A stretch of DNA of 64,000 bases from Cenarchaeum sp. (GCA_963693095.2 OY843768.1:736001-800000); one strand, 5' to 3'. Counted from the first letter of the stretch, positions 19,466-30,385 are shown. A program made the numbers and translations. Notes: a model not told the origin generated them from the sequence alone.

Positions 19466-19537
19466 TAGGGGTGTATGGAGGGCCTGAATGGGCAGCGCCA
19501 CGGCTTTTCGCATTAAACAGCCCACTTGCGGGATCGT

Positions 19538-20602
19538 TCATGGGCAATGCCCTGTGGTCAAGTCTATGCAGGTGGCGCCTGCGTCATAGTGCATCTGTAT
19601 CCTCGAGAGCAGCCAGAGTGCGGCGCTGCCGGGATGGTGTTTTCTGAGCGTGACGAGGATCGCGGGGGAGTCTTCGTGTCTGGTCGAGATTGCGGTGCTC
19701 AGGTACGTTCCGCTGCCCCCGTCAAAGATCGGAACATAGTGGCACGTGTCTCCCTGCCTGAGGTGCCTCTCTAGCATGCGAGGAAACCTGGGATTCCCAT
19801 ACACAATGTCCACAAACCGCTGCACGTCCTCGATCCTTTTTGAGAGCAGAATCGTGACCCCGCCACCGACGTCGACGAGGTCCGGGCCCATGCGGCAGCC
19901 CGTGCTGCACTCCTCGACCCTGGTGGCCATCCTTGCGTACCTCTCCCTGATCATGCCGGCGAGGCGCAGGTGTGCCTCCACGCACGTCCCGTCCCTTGCG
20001 GCGATCCACCCATCGCAGTCGGCGTCGATCTCCACGTGGCCGGAGCCGTTGGCCCCTGCTCCCCTCGCGCGCACTGTTCCCAGGACCGTGCGGCCGCCCA
20101 CCATGCGCGTGGCCTGGCGGCCCGCCCGCGCCGTTCCGTTGAGGCCGTTCGCGTCGCCGCGCCACCCGTTGACGCACGCACTGAGCGCGCGCGGCCCTAT
20201 CCAGGCACGGTTGACCTGCGTCGTGTGGACGAGGAGCGCCATCGCCCTGTTGGCTATCCTGTCAGTGGCCAGCGTGTGCACAAGGCAAAACCTCCCCATG
20301 CGCCGATCCAGGTACAGCTTGCAGTCCGGCACGAGCTTTTGGCAGGCGCGGCTCCCTGGCGGCAGCTCCCCGACGTCGCGGGGAACCAGCGTGGAGACGC
20401 CGGCCACTCCGGTCGGCGTCTCGGCCCACCGTATGTCCGGCAAGCGGCTTGCCGGGGCGTGACCGTACTCGAGGTCGGCGACGAACGTCTTTAGCCCCAT
20501 GGAGCCCGCAGTGTCCATGCCAACGCGCATCATGGCGCGCAGCGCCCCGTCAATCTCGGCGCCGGTGCGCACCGACTCGAGCCCCGCAATGACGGCCGTC
20601 AT
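19538..20602 (-). CDS. Hypothetical protein (354 aa), copy 2 of the nuclease partner
   Basis: Duplicate of 17146-18213 with the same promoter. The last codons (HCP*) come from the adjacent IS-related right end instead of GCSG*. Confidence 0.7.
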   Translation of the reverse strand: MTAVIAGLESVRTGAEIDGALRAMMRVGMDTAGSMGLKTFVADLEYGHAPASRLPDIRWAETPTGVAGVSTLVPRDVGELPPGSRACQKLVPDCKLYLDRRMGRFCLVHTLATDRIANRAMALLVHTTQVNRAWIGPRALSACVNGWRGDANGLNGTARAGRQATRMVGGRTVLGTVRARGAGANGSGHVEIDADCDGWIAARDGTCVEAHLRLAGMIRERYARMATRVEECSTGCRMGPDLVDVGGGVTILLSKRIEDVQRFVDIVYGNPRFPRMLERHLRQGDTCHYVPIFDGGSGTYLSTAISTRHEDSPAILVTLRKHHPGSAALWLLSRIQMHYDAGATCIDLTTGHCP

Positions 20603-20954
20603 GGCATGCGTCAGACCCCATGCCAAATATATCCATTCGTCGAGCGCGGGCTCTTGCCTTGCGCATAAAGTGGACACGGGAGCAAGATTGCCGGCAGGGC
20701 GCAGATCAGGGGACTCACTGAAGGCTAGCGAGTCCGGCAGGCTGCCGAAGCACACGTTTGTGGGCCTCCGGCGCTGCGCATCATCGATGCGCTCAAGCGG
20801 CGTCTTTGAGCGCCAAACGGCAAACGCGACTATGGCAAATAACGCAGACAGAATAAACTCGATCGTTGCGCCGTGCTAGGCAGAACCACCAGTCGCGAGA
20901 TCAGCAGGCTCTGATGTGCGATGATGCGCCATCTCACACGCGCATGCCGCGCAG

Positions 20955-23900
20955 CTATTCTGGGGGCGGCGCCGGATACATCTCTAGGAGCTCTAGCTCG
21001 GCGAGGTTTATCTCGTGGGCGATCTTTGCGCGGAGGCGATCGAGATACACCTGCTGATCCTCGGGCTCCGAGGAGACGACATGGGCAGGCGCGGCAGCCG
21101 GCGCGGTCGGCACAACTCCCATGGCATGCAGGTGCTCCCTGGCGATCGCGCGCTCGTATGCGATGAGCTCCGCAAAGCTGTCGGTGCCGCGCGCCCAGCC
21201 ATGCTGCGTCGCGCGTTCCTCGTCATACATTGACTCGTCGATCTCGTGGTATAGCGAGGCGAGGTTGCGCAGTGGCTCGTACGTGCCGGCCGGGGTGATG
21301 CGATAGACGCGGTACTCGTCGTCTAGCATGTACGTCACGTGGCGCGTGTCATAGTCGTACGTTCCGTCGCCGTCGGCATCGACATTGCTGGCGATGAGCG
21401 GGTAAAGCACGAGCGTCCCGTCGTTGACCTCGATGCCGTGGCTCGGGTTTAGCGACTCGCCGGTCACGTGGACGCCGTGGTTGAAAAAGTTCTGCCACGA
21501 GTTGCGCCTCTCGTCCCAGACGACTGTCGAGACGACGTCAAAGTCCAGGGGCTCGCGGAACGTGTGGTGTATCGTGACTATGCGGCACTCGGCGTCAGAG
21601 CCTGCCATGCACGCGCCAATCTCCGAGCTCGCGCGCAGCGTTTCTGCGTCTATCGTGTCGACTGCGCCGCCGACTGACGCCGTCGCGTTGCCGTTGCCGT
21701 ACGGCAGGCTCACCCTTATCTCGGCGCTCGACTCGCCAAAGTGCTGCCCGCGCCCCAGGCCAAAGGCCAGGCCGACGTGCCTGACGTTGAGCGGGCCCGT
21801 GTCCTCAAAGACCTTTATGATCGCGACGTTCTCGACTCCCGTCTCGACGGTTATGAGCGGCATTGGCGTGTAATAGTACTCGGCATCCACGGTCTCGCCG
21901 TTGTACGAGAACCCCTGGCTCACGCGCCTCGTCCCCGTGGAGTCGACTCCCAGCGTCGGCGGCGTGCAGTCATCACAGCCGTCCCCGCCGCCGCCGCTGA
22001 CTCCGGCCTGCGTGGCGCCAAAGCGCGTAAAGTGGTTTGTCCATATCACGAGATCCCCGCCGTCGCGCACGCGGCACTCCTCGAGCCTGATGGCGCCAGA
22101 GCCAATCTCTCCGGGCACCTCTGAGGCGTCACGCGATTCGCACTCGGGTATGGAGTGAACGGTGAGGCCGTCTGCGCCGGACAGCCAGAACGCATGGACC
22201 GCAGCGCCGGCACCGAGCAGCCTTATCGCCACAGGCCTGTCAAATGTCATCGGAGCCGCATCACCGCTCTTGCCGAACTCGACGAGCGTCGCCGGCGGCC
22301 TGGAGGCCAGGACCCTGGTCACTGCCTCGTTGGCCGCAGTCTCCTCCTCGTCTGCTCCAGTCGCTGCGACATACTCGGTGTCGCGCGCCGGGGGCGGGAG
22401 TCGCACGACGACGACGGACTCGTCAGCGTCGTCATCTCCAAAGTCCTCGACCACCGTCGCCTGGGGTAATGTGACAGTCGCCCCGTCCACGTTCACCGTT
22501 ATCGTTCCGGCTAGCGTGTCACTGGGCAGCTCACTCAGGACGATCGTCGTGCTCTCGCCCAGCTCGCCTCTCTCCCCTAGAGCCTTGATTGTGTACGTGC
22601 CTGTGGCAGGCACGGTGAAGAGCTCGGGCACGGTAATAGTGCCGCCAGTCTCGACTAGGGGCGCCGGTATGCTCGACACGGGAACAAGCGGGTTATCGGC
22701 CCTGTCAAACAGACCCGTTATAGAGAGTGTGAAGGGGCCATTTAGTACGCGCTGGTGCGTTTGTCTGATCGTGTGCACGGGAGCGTCGGCAGGTATGTTG
22801 GGCTCAAAGGTATGCCTCGGGCCAAAGAATTCCGCTGTGTCTGGGCCAACCGACAGTATCTCGGCTGCTGTGCCGTGCACAGGCTCGGTGTATATTGTTA
22901 GCTGATGCGTATTTCCCGGTGGGCGAAGCACGTGGAGGAGCTCTGGAGGCACGGTGTCTATGACGGCGTTGCCGCCTGACGTGATGTGCGATTGGGTCAG
23001 TTCCACGTCAGTCGCGGGGTTTGCCCCCGTTGCGCGTATGGCAAACTCTAATGGAGCGTTGTCGTCGGCGGCGTCCACCACGAACGAGTGTGACCACGTC
23101 CTGTCGTCGGTGTCGCCGTTGTTGCCCATCGCCGTCGGCGCGCTTGTCCTGTGCGTGCCCGGCACCGTTATCATCGGTGCCGGCGACGTCACGATGTCCT
23201 CGCTGAACGTGACGTCGAGTGTGATCCTGTCACCGACGTTGGCGTGCTGTGAGTTTGGCCCTGTCCTGTCTGTGAACGAGCCGCTAGCCTCGTTTGCGAC
23301 GGTCAGCGTGAGCGGGTACGCCGAGAGCGGCGCGTCATCCGCAATGTCGTTTGTTGCCGTGTTCGCCGCCAGGCCATTGGGTGCCGTAGACGCGTCAAGT
23401 ATGTCCGGCATCATGGAGGCGGGAACGTCATAGCCCAGCGCGGGCGGCGTGATGGTCGTGTCGCCTGTGCCCCAGCCGCTTGCGATCACGGTCGACTCGG
23501 CCAGCGTGAGCGTGAGCGTGCGCCCGACAAGCTCCGCGGTTCCAAAGTTTGTGCCCGCCGTGACGGCCGCGGCGAGCTCTGTTGCCGTGGGCAATGCCGG
23601 CGGGGTTGTCGTCGTCGCATAGTGGTACCAGCGCGAGGCGTCCGGCCCGCCTGCGGCTGCCGTGACGTCCTCGTCAAACGTGACCTCTATTGACCTGGGC
23701 GACACCGTCTTGGCCGTAAAGAGCGGCGGCAGGCCGTCAATTGCCGTCGTGCGCCCCGCGATGGGCGTGCCGTCAGAGGCCAAGAGCACCGGCATTGTCT
23801 GGCCCGAGACCGGCCTGTACGCAATGTGGGGGGTGGCATCAGAGGCCTGTGCGTCATACCCGATGTAGAACGTGAGCGGCTCGGTGTCGGTGCCAGAGCA

Positions 23901-26900
23901 GATGCTGGTAATGTCAAACGGCGGGGTTGACACCACCGTCGGGGCGCCGCCGCTCGTGCACACAACCGAGAACGCAGAGGCCTGCGTCCCGCCGGTTCCG
24001 TCACGCGCCGTGCCGACAAACCACTCGTCGAGGTTGATGTTGCCCGTGACCATGCTGGTGAACACGATCCTGACATAGGTCGAATCTGCCGCCCTGTGGG
24101 TCGTCGCCGTGTATGCGGCCGGCGGGATCACCTCCACATACTCTTGCGTCACCATCATGTTGGCCGCAAGCGAATTGGGCACCATGGCCTTGTCCGTGAC
24201 CTGGCCGACGCGGATCACATAGGTCTCTCCAACTGTCGCATCATCCCTGAGGGTCATGCGCACAAAGTGATCCGAGCCTGGCTGCGTGAGGCTGGCCACG
24301 CCAAGGTCAGGCGTGATGCCCCATCCGGCAGTCGTGGCTGGCAGCACGACATCCTCGGTGAACGTCACGTGCACGGTTGTGTGCGAGGTGAACGTGACTG
24401 TGTCTATGGAGGGCACGAGCCTGTCCGGAACGATCACCGATGAGCCGGTGGCCAGGGGGTTGCCGGCCCCGTCACTCAGGCCAGTGCCCATATACGTCAC
24501 AGTCGGCGCAAAGCTAGTGTCAACGTCCGCATCGGCGTACGCTATGTCCACTCGGTCGCGCGCCGAGTTGAGGGCCGCGCTCGTGACTGTGACTGCAGTC
24601 GTGCCCTCGGCGACTCCCCAGTCTGCTGAACCCACCGTTGCGCTTCTGGGCAGGTTCTCGGACAGCTTTACAGTCAGCGTCGTGGCCGACGTCGTCCCCG
24701 TGTCAGCGTCTGTGAGCATTGTGGGGGGCGTGCGGTCTATGCTGACGCGGTATCCGGCACCTGCTATGGAGCTGCCGTCAGCATTAGTCGCGCGAGTCGT
24801 CAGGTCAGCGTGCGTGAATGTTGCCGCGTTTCCCTCGGCGTCCCTCACTGTGATGCTGAACGTGACGTCGACCTCTGGCGAGCTGGCCGTCACGGTGTGC
24901 GAATAGTTGTACTGTAGTGGGGCAGAGTTATGTGGCCTGAACATGTGCGAGGCAGTCACCGGCGAGGCCGAGTCCGTAAAGAACATCGCGTCGCCAAGAG
25001 CCGCCACGTTATTGTTAGTGTTGTCATTATACAGTGGAATAAGCGTGTTGCCGACGTAGAGCGGCTCGGTGACTGTTACGTTAACCCACACATTATCGTT
25101 TAGGCGGGCAGGAGCCGCGAGGTCCATCTTGAACGTGCCCATCTCCTTCTTTGTCATGTGCAGCGAGTTTCCGGCTGCCAGTTCGGGCGGCGCGCCGTCA
25201 CTGGCCTCAGTCGAGTACGACAGCACGGCATTCACGCCATCCGTCAGGGTTCCGGCCACATACATGACAGACGGCGTGGCCGCCGTCGAGGAGAGCGGCC
25301 CGTGCGTGATGAGGAGCTCCGTAACGGCAGGGCTCGACGGTATGGACGGCGTGACTGCGTCACCTGCCCCTGCCGAGGTCTCCGGCGTTGCAGTCACCGT
25401 GCCGGAGGTGACCACAGTCGCCACGCTCAATGTCGTCAGCGCCACATTGCCTGCGTCACTGGCCGCGTCGTTCTCGGTGACCGTCCAGTTCCTCGTGTCA
25501 AGCGTGCCCCCAAGGCTGCCATCAAACGTGACCCTCGTTGTGGTCAGCGTCTGTGTCTCGGCCGTAAACGAGTCCGCAGGCGTGATCATGGACGACTCTT
25601 CTGCGCCCACCGCGTTGGCAGGCTCGGCCATGTCCGCTATATCATAGTCTGGAATCACCGTGTACTCCGTGCCAGCCACGATCGGCGAGCCGAGGGTGAG
25701 CGTGTACGTGAGCGGTGACGAGCGCACGGCGGACAGTACCTGTATCCCCACGGGGGTGACGGAGATGCTGCCTTCTTGTTCCACAACCCAGTCGTTGTCC
25801 GTGCCCTCGATGGCCGCGACGTACGGGCTGGACGTGCCCTCTGTGTTCTCCACAAACGTGACGGGCTCGGTGAACGTGACGTGCAGCGAGGTCTGCAGGG
25901 ATATCACGGCTGCCCTTATCTCCGGTGGCGCCGTGTCGGCGGCGACTGCCTGGCCTGTTGGCACAGGCGTGCTGCCGTAGTACAAGTCACCACTCGCCGA
26001 GCTGTATGTCACTTTTGGCGTCGAGGCCGTCGAGGCCAGGCCAACGTGAGTCAGGACGTACGAGCGGGCGAGCACCTCCATATCTTCAAAGATGCCAATT
26101 GCCGACGTGACTGCCATGACCATCCTGTCCGTGCCGTCCTCGCTCACTGTCCAGTCGTCGGCATCGAGTGTGCCGGTCGGGCGCGACGGAAATGTCACGG
26201 CGATGCTATCTGAGTCTAGCGTCCTTGCAGTAAAGACGGCCGGCGGGGCGTCCCCGTTTGCAGCTGACACCGAGCGCTCCGTGACTGCGTTGCCCTGCGC
26301 GTCGGCCAGTCCGGTCGACGGCAGGATGACCGTGTGCTCTATTCCATTAACGGCGTTGGAGGCCAGCGTGATGGTAAGCGTGTTTGTGCCAGTGTCGTAC
26401 GTCGGCGAGCCTGTCGTCTGCGGTACGGTGTCCGGAGCGTCACCATCATCGCTTCCATCAGGCATTGTGACTGTGTACGCCAGGCCGGCTATTGTCTCTG
26501 CGTTGGCCATCGACTCGCCAAAGTTGACTGTGATCATGTTATCCGCGCTAAACGAGGCAACGGGTGCTGGCGGCGTGCCGTCTGTGGCCTGAGGGGCGGG
26601 CATCGCATTAAGCGTTTTGTCCGCAAGATCCACGATCCCCGGCGGGGCACTATCGCCAGTCGGCACCGTATAGGCAACTACCGGCATGGCAGCAGTTGAG
26701 CCCGTGTCCGGGTGTGTCAGTGTGAGTGCGCCGTTGAGCTGGCTGCCAGCAGCCGAGGCGCCAAACCCGCCAACAGTCCATCCGGCAGCGCGCGAGCCGA
26801 CGGCGGGCAGGACGACGGCCTCGCTGAACGAGACGTCCGTCTCGGTTCGGCTCACAGTCTTTGCCGTGTACGTCGGCCGCACTGCGTCGACGGACTCGGC

Positions 26901-29900
26901 GGTGAAATGTGGCACGTTGAGCCCAAGTGGGTTAGCCACAAAGCCAATGCTAATGTTGTGCCTGACAGCCGGTGTGGATCCCGTCGAAGAGAGCGGCGCG
27001 TGCGTGATCGTCATCTCTGTTGCCGTGTTCGTACCTAGTGCAGCGATCAAAGCCTGCCCATGGAGTCGGCTCGCAGATTTGGTGCCTAGCACAATTGTCG
27101 TTACCTGTCTATCCTCGGATGTCATCGAATCACCGTCGTCGTCGTCAGTCACCACCCACTGTCCCACGTTGAGAATATCAGACGGTGCGCCAAAGAACGA
27201 CACAGTCGTGCTCGTCGGCGAGTTTGTCACTGCCGTGAATGGCGGCGCACGAGTCACAACACTCGTGGCCGTCAGGGCGTTGCCGGACGTGTCGGCCAGT
27301 CCGGAGGACGGCAGTGTCACCGTGTACTCATCGTAGCGTAACGCCGGGTCAGTCAACATGAGCTCCAGCGTGCGTGTCGCCGGATTGTACTCGTGCGATC
27401 CTGACAGCGTCACGGTTTCTGTAGGCCCAAGCACGCCAAAGTCGTTTGTCGAAGGCTTTTTGCTCGCCGTGTAGGTGAGGCCCGCTATCGTCTCCGGACT
27501 GGCAAGCTCCTCGCTAAAGGTCACTTTGATCACGCTCGACGTCCCAAATGACGCGCTCGCCGTGGGCCCGATGCCGTCGGTGAGGGGCACAGACGATCCG
27601 GTGCGCAGGACGACGAGTCCTGACGCGTCAACGACCCTGTTGGAGGCCGTGTCGGATCCCGTGTACAGCAGTGCCGTGCCGGCGCCCAAGTGGGTAAAGT
27701 CCAGTGCCTGCGTGCGCGTGAGCGTGATCGTGTTGGCGATGACAACGCCTGTGTCAAACGTTATGCCGCCGCCAATGGTCCACTCTGAGCCCGTGAGGGC
27801 AATATTGGTGTCGACAGACTTTGAGAGCGTCGCGCTCACCTGCGTTGGCGAGTCGAGTGTCGCCGAGACCAGCGTCATCGGGGTGCCGTCGACGACCGTT
27901 TTTGGCGGCGGTATCATGTCGATGCGATCAACCGGCATCAGTTCATCCAGCGTGAACGGGTCGCTGTCCATCGTGTCGCCGCCCGAGTCGGCCAGGGCCG
28001 TCTGTCCTGCCGGAAGCGTCGCGGGCTCCCTGAACAGGATGCCCGGCAGTGATGTCAACTTCGCGTCCAACATTGACGCGTGCCTTAGCGTGAACGCGGT
28101 CGCCGAGTCGAGCTCGACTGTCGGCGAGCGCAGCAGGTCGACTGTGCTGTGCTCGCCGGCCCTGACTGACTGGATCTCCAGGGTAACCGGACCGTCAGAC
28201 GTCGTGCCCTGGAGGCTCCAGTCAGCGGCGCGCAGCGTCCCGCTCACGGCCTCGTCAAGCCTGACTACTGTCGTGCGGTCGCCCGTCGAGAGCGCCACAG
28301 AGATCTCGGGGGCAGGCGAGTCAACGAGCGAGATCCCGCCACTCCCGCTGCTGCGGTTTGGCGGCGTGGCCCCATCCCCAAACTGAGTCGCCTCGGGATA
28401 GTATTCGGCGCTCTTGAGGCGCTGTGGCAGTGTCCCAACCACCTCGTTGGGGTTGGTCGGCGAGACCATGAGATTGGAGCCCCCAACAGAGCCTGCAACA
28501 GATCCACGTGAGAGGCGCTCGGTGTACACTTTGATAACGGAATCTGGAAGTATAGTGACGGGGGCATTGAATCTGGCGCTCACGGTCGTGCCATCACGGC
28601 TAACAGATGCGCTAATAGTGCCAATGCCAACCTTGTCGAGTGCGACGATCTCCCACACCCCGGCGCCCAGGTCCGTGCCGCCAAACACGAGACCCCCGGT
28701 GGCCGGTGAGGTGTACCTGATCGTCGGCGTCTCATCAGGACCCAAGACGTCACTAGAGGCAACTCTAAGGTCAAAGTCTTGCCTCTCAGTTAGCGTTTCC
28801 GTGGGGCCTCTAGGAGGTGTAAAGGGATTTCCAAGTTCCGTAACGGGTATCTCCCTTGTAGAATCAGGGAGGTTGATGATGGTGAACTCGGATGCGCGAA
28901 TCGTGCTGCCGGTTGCAGCGGACCTGAGAACTACTTTGTAGAAACCTTCGCCGATCTTTTCCACACGGTCGAACGGCGACATGTGCGTCAGTGTGCACGT
29001 GGCGCCGCACGTTGCGGGGTCAAATGGGGTGCCAGCGCTGTTCTCGAATGTCGGCGCGATGGTGTACGCGACGCCGTGGATCGCATTGGCGCTTAGCGTG
29101 GCCGTGACGATCATGGCGGTGGTACGCGCAACACTCGACACGGTGATCACGTCTGGCAGGGTGTCTGCGTCATGGGGAGTTAACGTGTTGTCAGGCGCCG
29201 TGACCCCAAGGTTGGACGTAGTGACGGTGGACATGTCGATGGTATCGTCAAACGTCATGCGAATCGTCTTTGAGCCCGTAAACTCTGCAGAGCTCAAAAC
29301 CAGCGGCGCCGTGTACGTCAGTTCGCACGTGGCGCCGCACGTTGTGGGGTCAAATGGGGTGCCGGGGCCGTTTGCGAATGTTGGCGCGATGGTGTAAACG
29401 ACGCCGGGGATCGCATTGGCGCTTAGCGTGGCCTCGATATTCCTGGCGGTAAGACGGTTAACACCCGACACGGTGATCTCGTCTGGCATGGTGTCTGCGT
29501 CATGGGGAGTTAACGTGTTGTCAGGCGCCGTGACCCCAAGGTTGGACGTAGTGACGGTGTCAGCGGCGATAGTGTCCACGAACTTCATGAGAATCGTCAT
29601 TGGGCCCGTAAACTCTGCTGATGACAGAACATTCGCGCGCACGAGCACGCTGGCAGTGTTGCCTGACGTGATATCTTGCCAATTTATCAGGTCTGCCCCC
29701 GATGTTGGGCTTGTGTTTGGGGCAGTTGCCGTGTCCGTGGCCACGATGGTAAAGGTGAGTGTGAAACCACCGGTGTCAGCGGCGTCTATAGTGAACGTGT
29801 GCGACCAGCTCCGGTCATTGCCGTCGGCGGTGTTGACCATGTCCACGGCCGTCGGCGTCCTGTGCGCTCCAGGGACCACTATCGTCGGCGCCGGCGATGT

Positions 29901-30137
29901 CGCGACGTCCTCGTCAAACGTCACGTCTATGGTAATCCTGTCACCGGCGTTCGCCCAGTGCGCACGACCCCCACTGCGATCCATAAAGGTGCCTTCAACA
30001 TTGTCGGCCACGGTGACCGTGAGGACGGTGACCCCCGGAGGATCCGTGTCTGCCCCCTGGGCCGACGCGCCGCTGACAGAGGCGGCAAGAAAGAGCGACA
30101 TGATCGCAAACGCCAGTGTTGGCACTGCAGCCCGCAT
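20955..30137 (-). CDS. Giant secreted surface protein with many Ig-like/SwmB-like beta repeats (3060 aa), copy 1
   Basis: Signal peptide MRAAVPTLAFAIMSLFLAASVSGASA; Thr/Ala/Asp-rich; recurring 'D..PP....T......VTFSE' and 'L.D..GN' motifs; C-terminal GGGGDGCDDCTPPTLG...GFSYNG domain of the kind seen in thaumarchaeal large surface proteins. Confidence 0.9.
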   Translation of the reverse strand: MRAAVPTLAFAIMSLFLAASVSGASAQGADTDPPGVTVLTVTVADNVEGTFMDRSGGRAHWANAGDRITIDVTFDEDVATSPAPTIVVPGAHRTPTAVDMVNTADGNDRSWSHTFTIDAADTGGFTLTFTIVATDTATAPNTSPTSGADLINWQDITSGNTASVLVRANVLSSAEFTGPMTILMKFVDTIAADTVTTSNLGVTAPDNTLTPHDADTMPDEITVSGVNRLTARNIEATLSANAIPGVVYTIAPTFANGPGTPFDPTTCGATCELTYTAPLVLSSAEFTGSKTIRMTFDDTIDMSTVTTSNLGVTAPDNTLTPHDADTLPDVITVSSVARTTAMIVTATLSANAIHGVAYTIAPTFENSAGTPFDPATCGATCTLTHMSPFDRVEKIGEGFYKVVLRSAATGSTIRASEFTIINLPDSTREIPVTELGNPFTPPRGPTETLTERQDFDLRVASSDVLGPDETPTIRYTSPATGGLVFGGTDLGAGVWEIVALDKVGIGTISASVSRDGTTVSARFNAPVTILPDSVIKVYTERLSRGSVAGSVGGSNLMVSPTNPNEVVGTLPQRLKSAEYYPEATQFGDGATPPNRSSGSGGISLVDSPAPEISVALSTGDRTTVVRLDEAVSGTLRAADWSLQGTTSDGPVTLEIQSVRAGEHSTVDLLRSPTVELDSATAFTLRHASMLDAKLTSLPGILFREPATLPAGQTALADSGGDTMDSDPFTLDELMPVDRIDMIPPPKTVVDGTPMTLVSATLDSPTQVSATLSKSVDTNIALTGSEWTIGGGITFDTGVVIANTITLTRTQALDFTHLGAGTALLYTGSDTASNRVVDASGLVVLRTGSSVPLTDGIGPTASASFGTSSVIKVTFSEELASPETIAGLTYTASKKPSTNDFGVLGPTETVTLSGSHEYNPATRTLELMLTDPALRYDEYTVTLPSSGLADTSGNALTATSVVTRAPPFTAVTNSPTSTTVSFFGAPSDILNVGQWVVTDDDDGDSMTSEDRQVTTIVLGTKSASRLHGQALIAALGTNTATEMTITHAPLSSTGSTPAVRHNISIGFVANPLGLNVPHFTAESVDAVRPTYTAKTVSRTETDVSFSEAVVLPAVGSRAAGWTVGGFGASAAGSQLNGALTLTHPDTGSTAAMPVVAYTVPTGDSAPPGIVDLADKTLNAMPAPQATDGTPPAPVASFSADNMITVNFGESMANAETIAGLAYTVTMPDGSDDGDAPDTVPQTTGSPTYDTGTNTLTITLASNAVNGIEHTVILPSTGLADAQGNAVTERSVSAANGDAPPAVFTARTLDSDSIAVTFPSRPTGTLDADDWTVSEDGTDRMVMAVTSAIGIFEDMEVLARSYVLTHVGLASTASTPKVTYSSASGDLYYGSTPVPTGQAVAADTAPPEIRAAVISLQTSLHVTFTEPVTFVENTEGTSSPYVAAIEGTDNDWVVEQEGSISVTPVGIQVLSAVRSSPLTYTLTLGSPIVAGTEYTVIPDYDIADMAEPANAVGAEESSMITPADSFTAETQTLTTTRVTFDGSLGGTLDTRNWTVTENDAASDAGNVALTTLSVATVVTSGTVTATPETSAGAGDAVTPSIPSSPAVTELLITHGPLSSTAATPSVMYVAGTLTDGVNAVLSYSTEASDGAPPELAAGNSLHMTKKEMGTFKMDLAAPARLNDNVWVNVTVTEPLYVGNTLIPLYNDNTNNNVAALGDAMFFTDSASPVTASHMFRPHNSAPLQYNYSHTVTASSPEVDVTFSITVRDAEGNAATFTHADLTTRATNADGSSIAGAGYRVSIDRTPPTMLTDADTGTTSATTLTVKLSENLPRSATVGSADWGVAEGTTAVTVTSAALNSARDRVDIAYADADVDTSFAPTVTYMGTGLSDGAGNPLATGSSVIVPDRLVPSIDTVTFTSHTTVHVTFTEDVVLPATTAGWGITPDLGVASLTQPGSDHFVRMTLRDDATVGETYVIRVGQVTDKAMVPNSLAANMMVTQEYVEVIPPAAYTATTHRAADSTYVRIVFTSMVTGNINLDEWFVGTARDGTGGTQASAFSVVCTSGGAPTVVSTPPFDITSICSGTDTEPLTFYIGYDAQASDATPHIAYRPVSGQTMPVLLASDGTPIAGRTTAIDGLPPLFTAKTVSPRSIEVTFDEDVTAAAGGPDASRWYHYATTTTPPALPTATELAAAVTAGTNFGTAELVGRTLTLTLAESTVIASGWGTGDTTITPPALGYDVPASMMPDILDASTAPNGLAANTATNDIADDAPLSAYPLTLTVANEASGSFTDRTGPNSQHANVGDRITLDVTFSEDIVTSPAPMITVPGTHRTSAPTAMGNNGDTDDRTWSHSFVVDAADDNAPLEFAIRATGANPATDVELTQSHITSGGNAVIDTVPPELLHVLRPPGNTHQLTIYTEPVHGTAAEILSVGPDTAEFFGPRHTFEPNIPADAPVHTIRQTHQRVLNGPFTLSITGLFDRADNPLVPVSSIPAPLVETGGTITVPELFTVPATGTYTIKALGERGELGESTTIVLSELPSDTLAGTITVNVDGATVTLPQATVVEDFGDDDADESVVVVRLPPPARDTEYVAATGADEEETAANEAVTRVLASRPPATLVEFGKSGDAAPMTFDRPVAIRLLGAGAAVHAFWLSGADGLTVHSIPECESRDASEVPGEIGSGAIRLEECRVRDGGDLVIWTNHFTRFGATQAGVSGGGGDGCDDCTPPTLGVDSTGTRRVSQGFSYNGETVDAEYYYTPMPLITVETGVENVAIIKVFEDTGPLNVRHVGLAFGLGRGQHFGESSAEIRVSLPYGNGNATASVGGAVDTIDAETLRASSEIGACMAGSDAECRIVTIHHTFREPLDFDVVSTVVWDERRNSWQNFFNHGVHVTGESLNPSHGIEVNDGTLVLYPLIASNVDADGDGTYDYDTRHVTYMLDDEYRVYRITPAGTYEPLRNLASLYHEIDESMYDEERATQHGWARGTDSFAELIAYERAIAREHLHAMGVVPTAPAAAPAHVVSSEPEDQQVYLDRLRAKIAHEINLAELELLEMYPAPPPE

Positions 30138-30159
30138 ACTGCCGCCCTCTCAACATACG

Positions 30160-30215
30160 AGTATATAACACAATTGGTGGGTTTGCGCCCAAAATGCCTC
30201 CCCCCCCCCCCCCCC
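30160..30215 (-). promoter_or_regulatory. TATA box (TTATATA, about 30162-30168) with upstream G16 tract (C16 on +, 30200-30215)
   Basis: The TATA box lies about 25-30 nt upstream of the ATG at 30137, and the homopolymer about 32 nt further upstream; same layout at copy 2. Confidence 0.6.
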
Positions 30216-30385
30216 ATACGGCATGCCCCGACCTAGCCACAGAGCCTTTTGCGAACCTTGGCCTGCCAAACAATATCGTTCGGGTTTCAGCAATGCTCGG
30301 CGCATCAGACTCAGAGTCGTTACGCTCGTCGTTCTCCATGCGGCAGCATGACTTAATTTCAGTATGAAGTGCTGGGCCGTGCCCT

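Larger units (their letters stand above)
17162..20680. repeat. Direct duplication of about 1.1 kb (17162-~18285 and 19551-~20675) separated by an IS remnant plus IS630
   Basis: Both copies begin CCTGTGGTCAAGTCTATGCAGG; offset 2389 bp. Confidence 0.9.

Noticed and set aside
20750-20878. Hydrophobic minus-strand stretch (IEFILSALFAIVAFAVWR) in frame upstream of the 19538 gene
   Set aside because: It has no start codon, is bounded by a stop, and copy 1 lacks it; at most a fragment of a disrupted membrane-protein gene.
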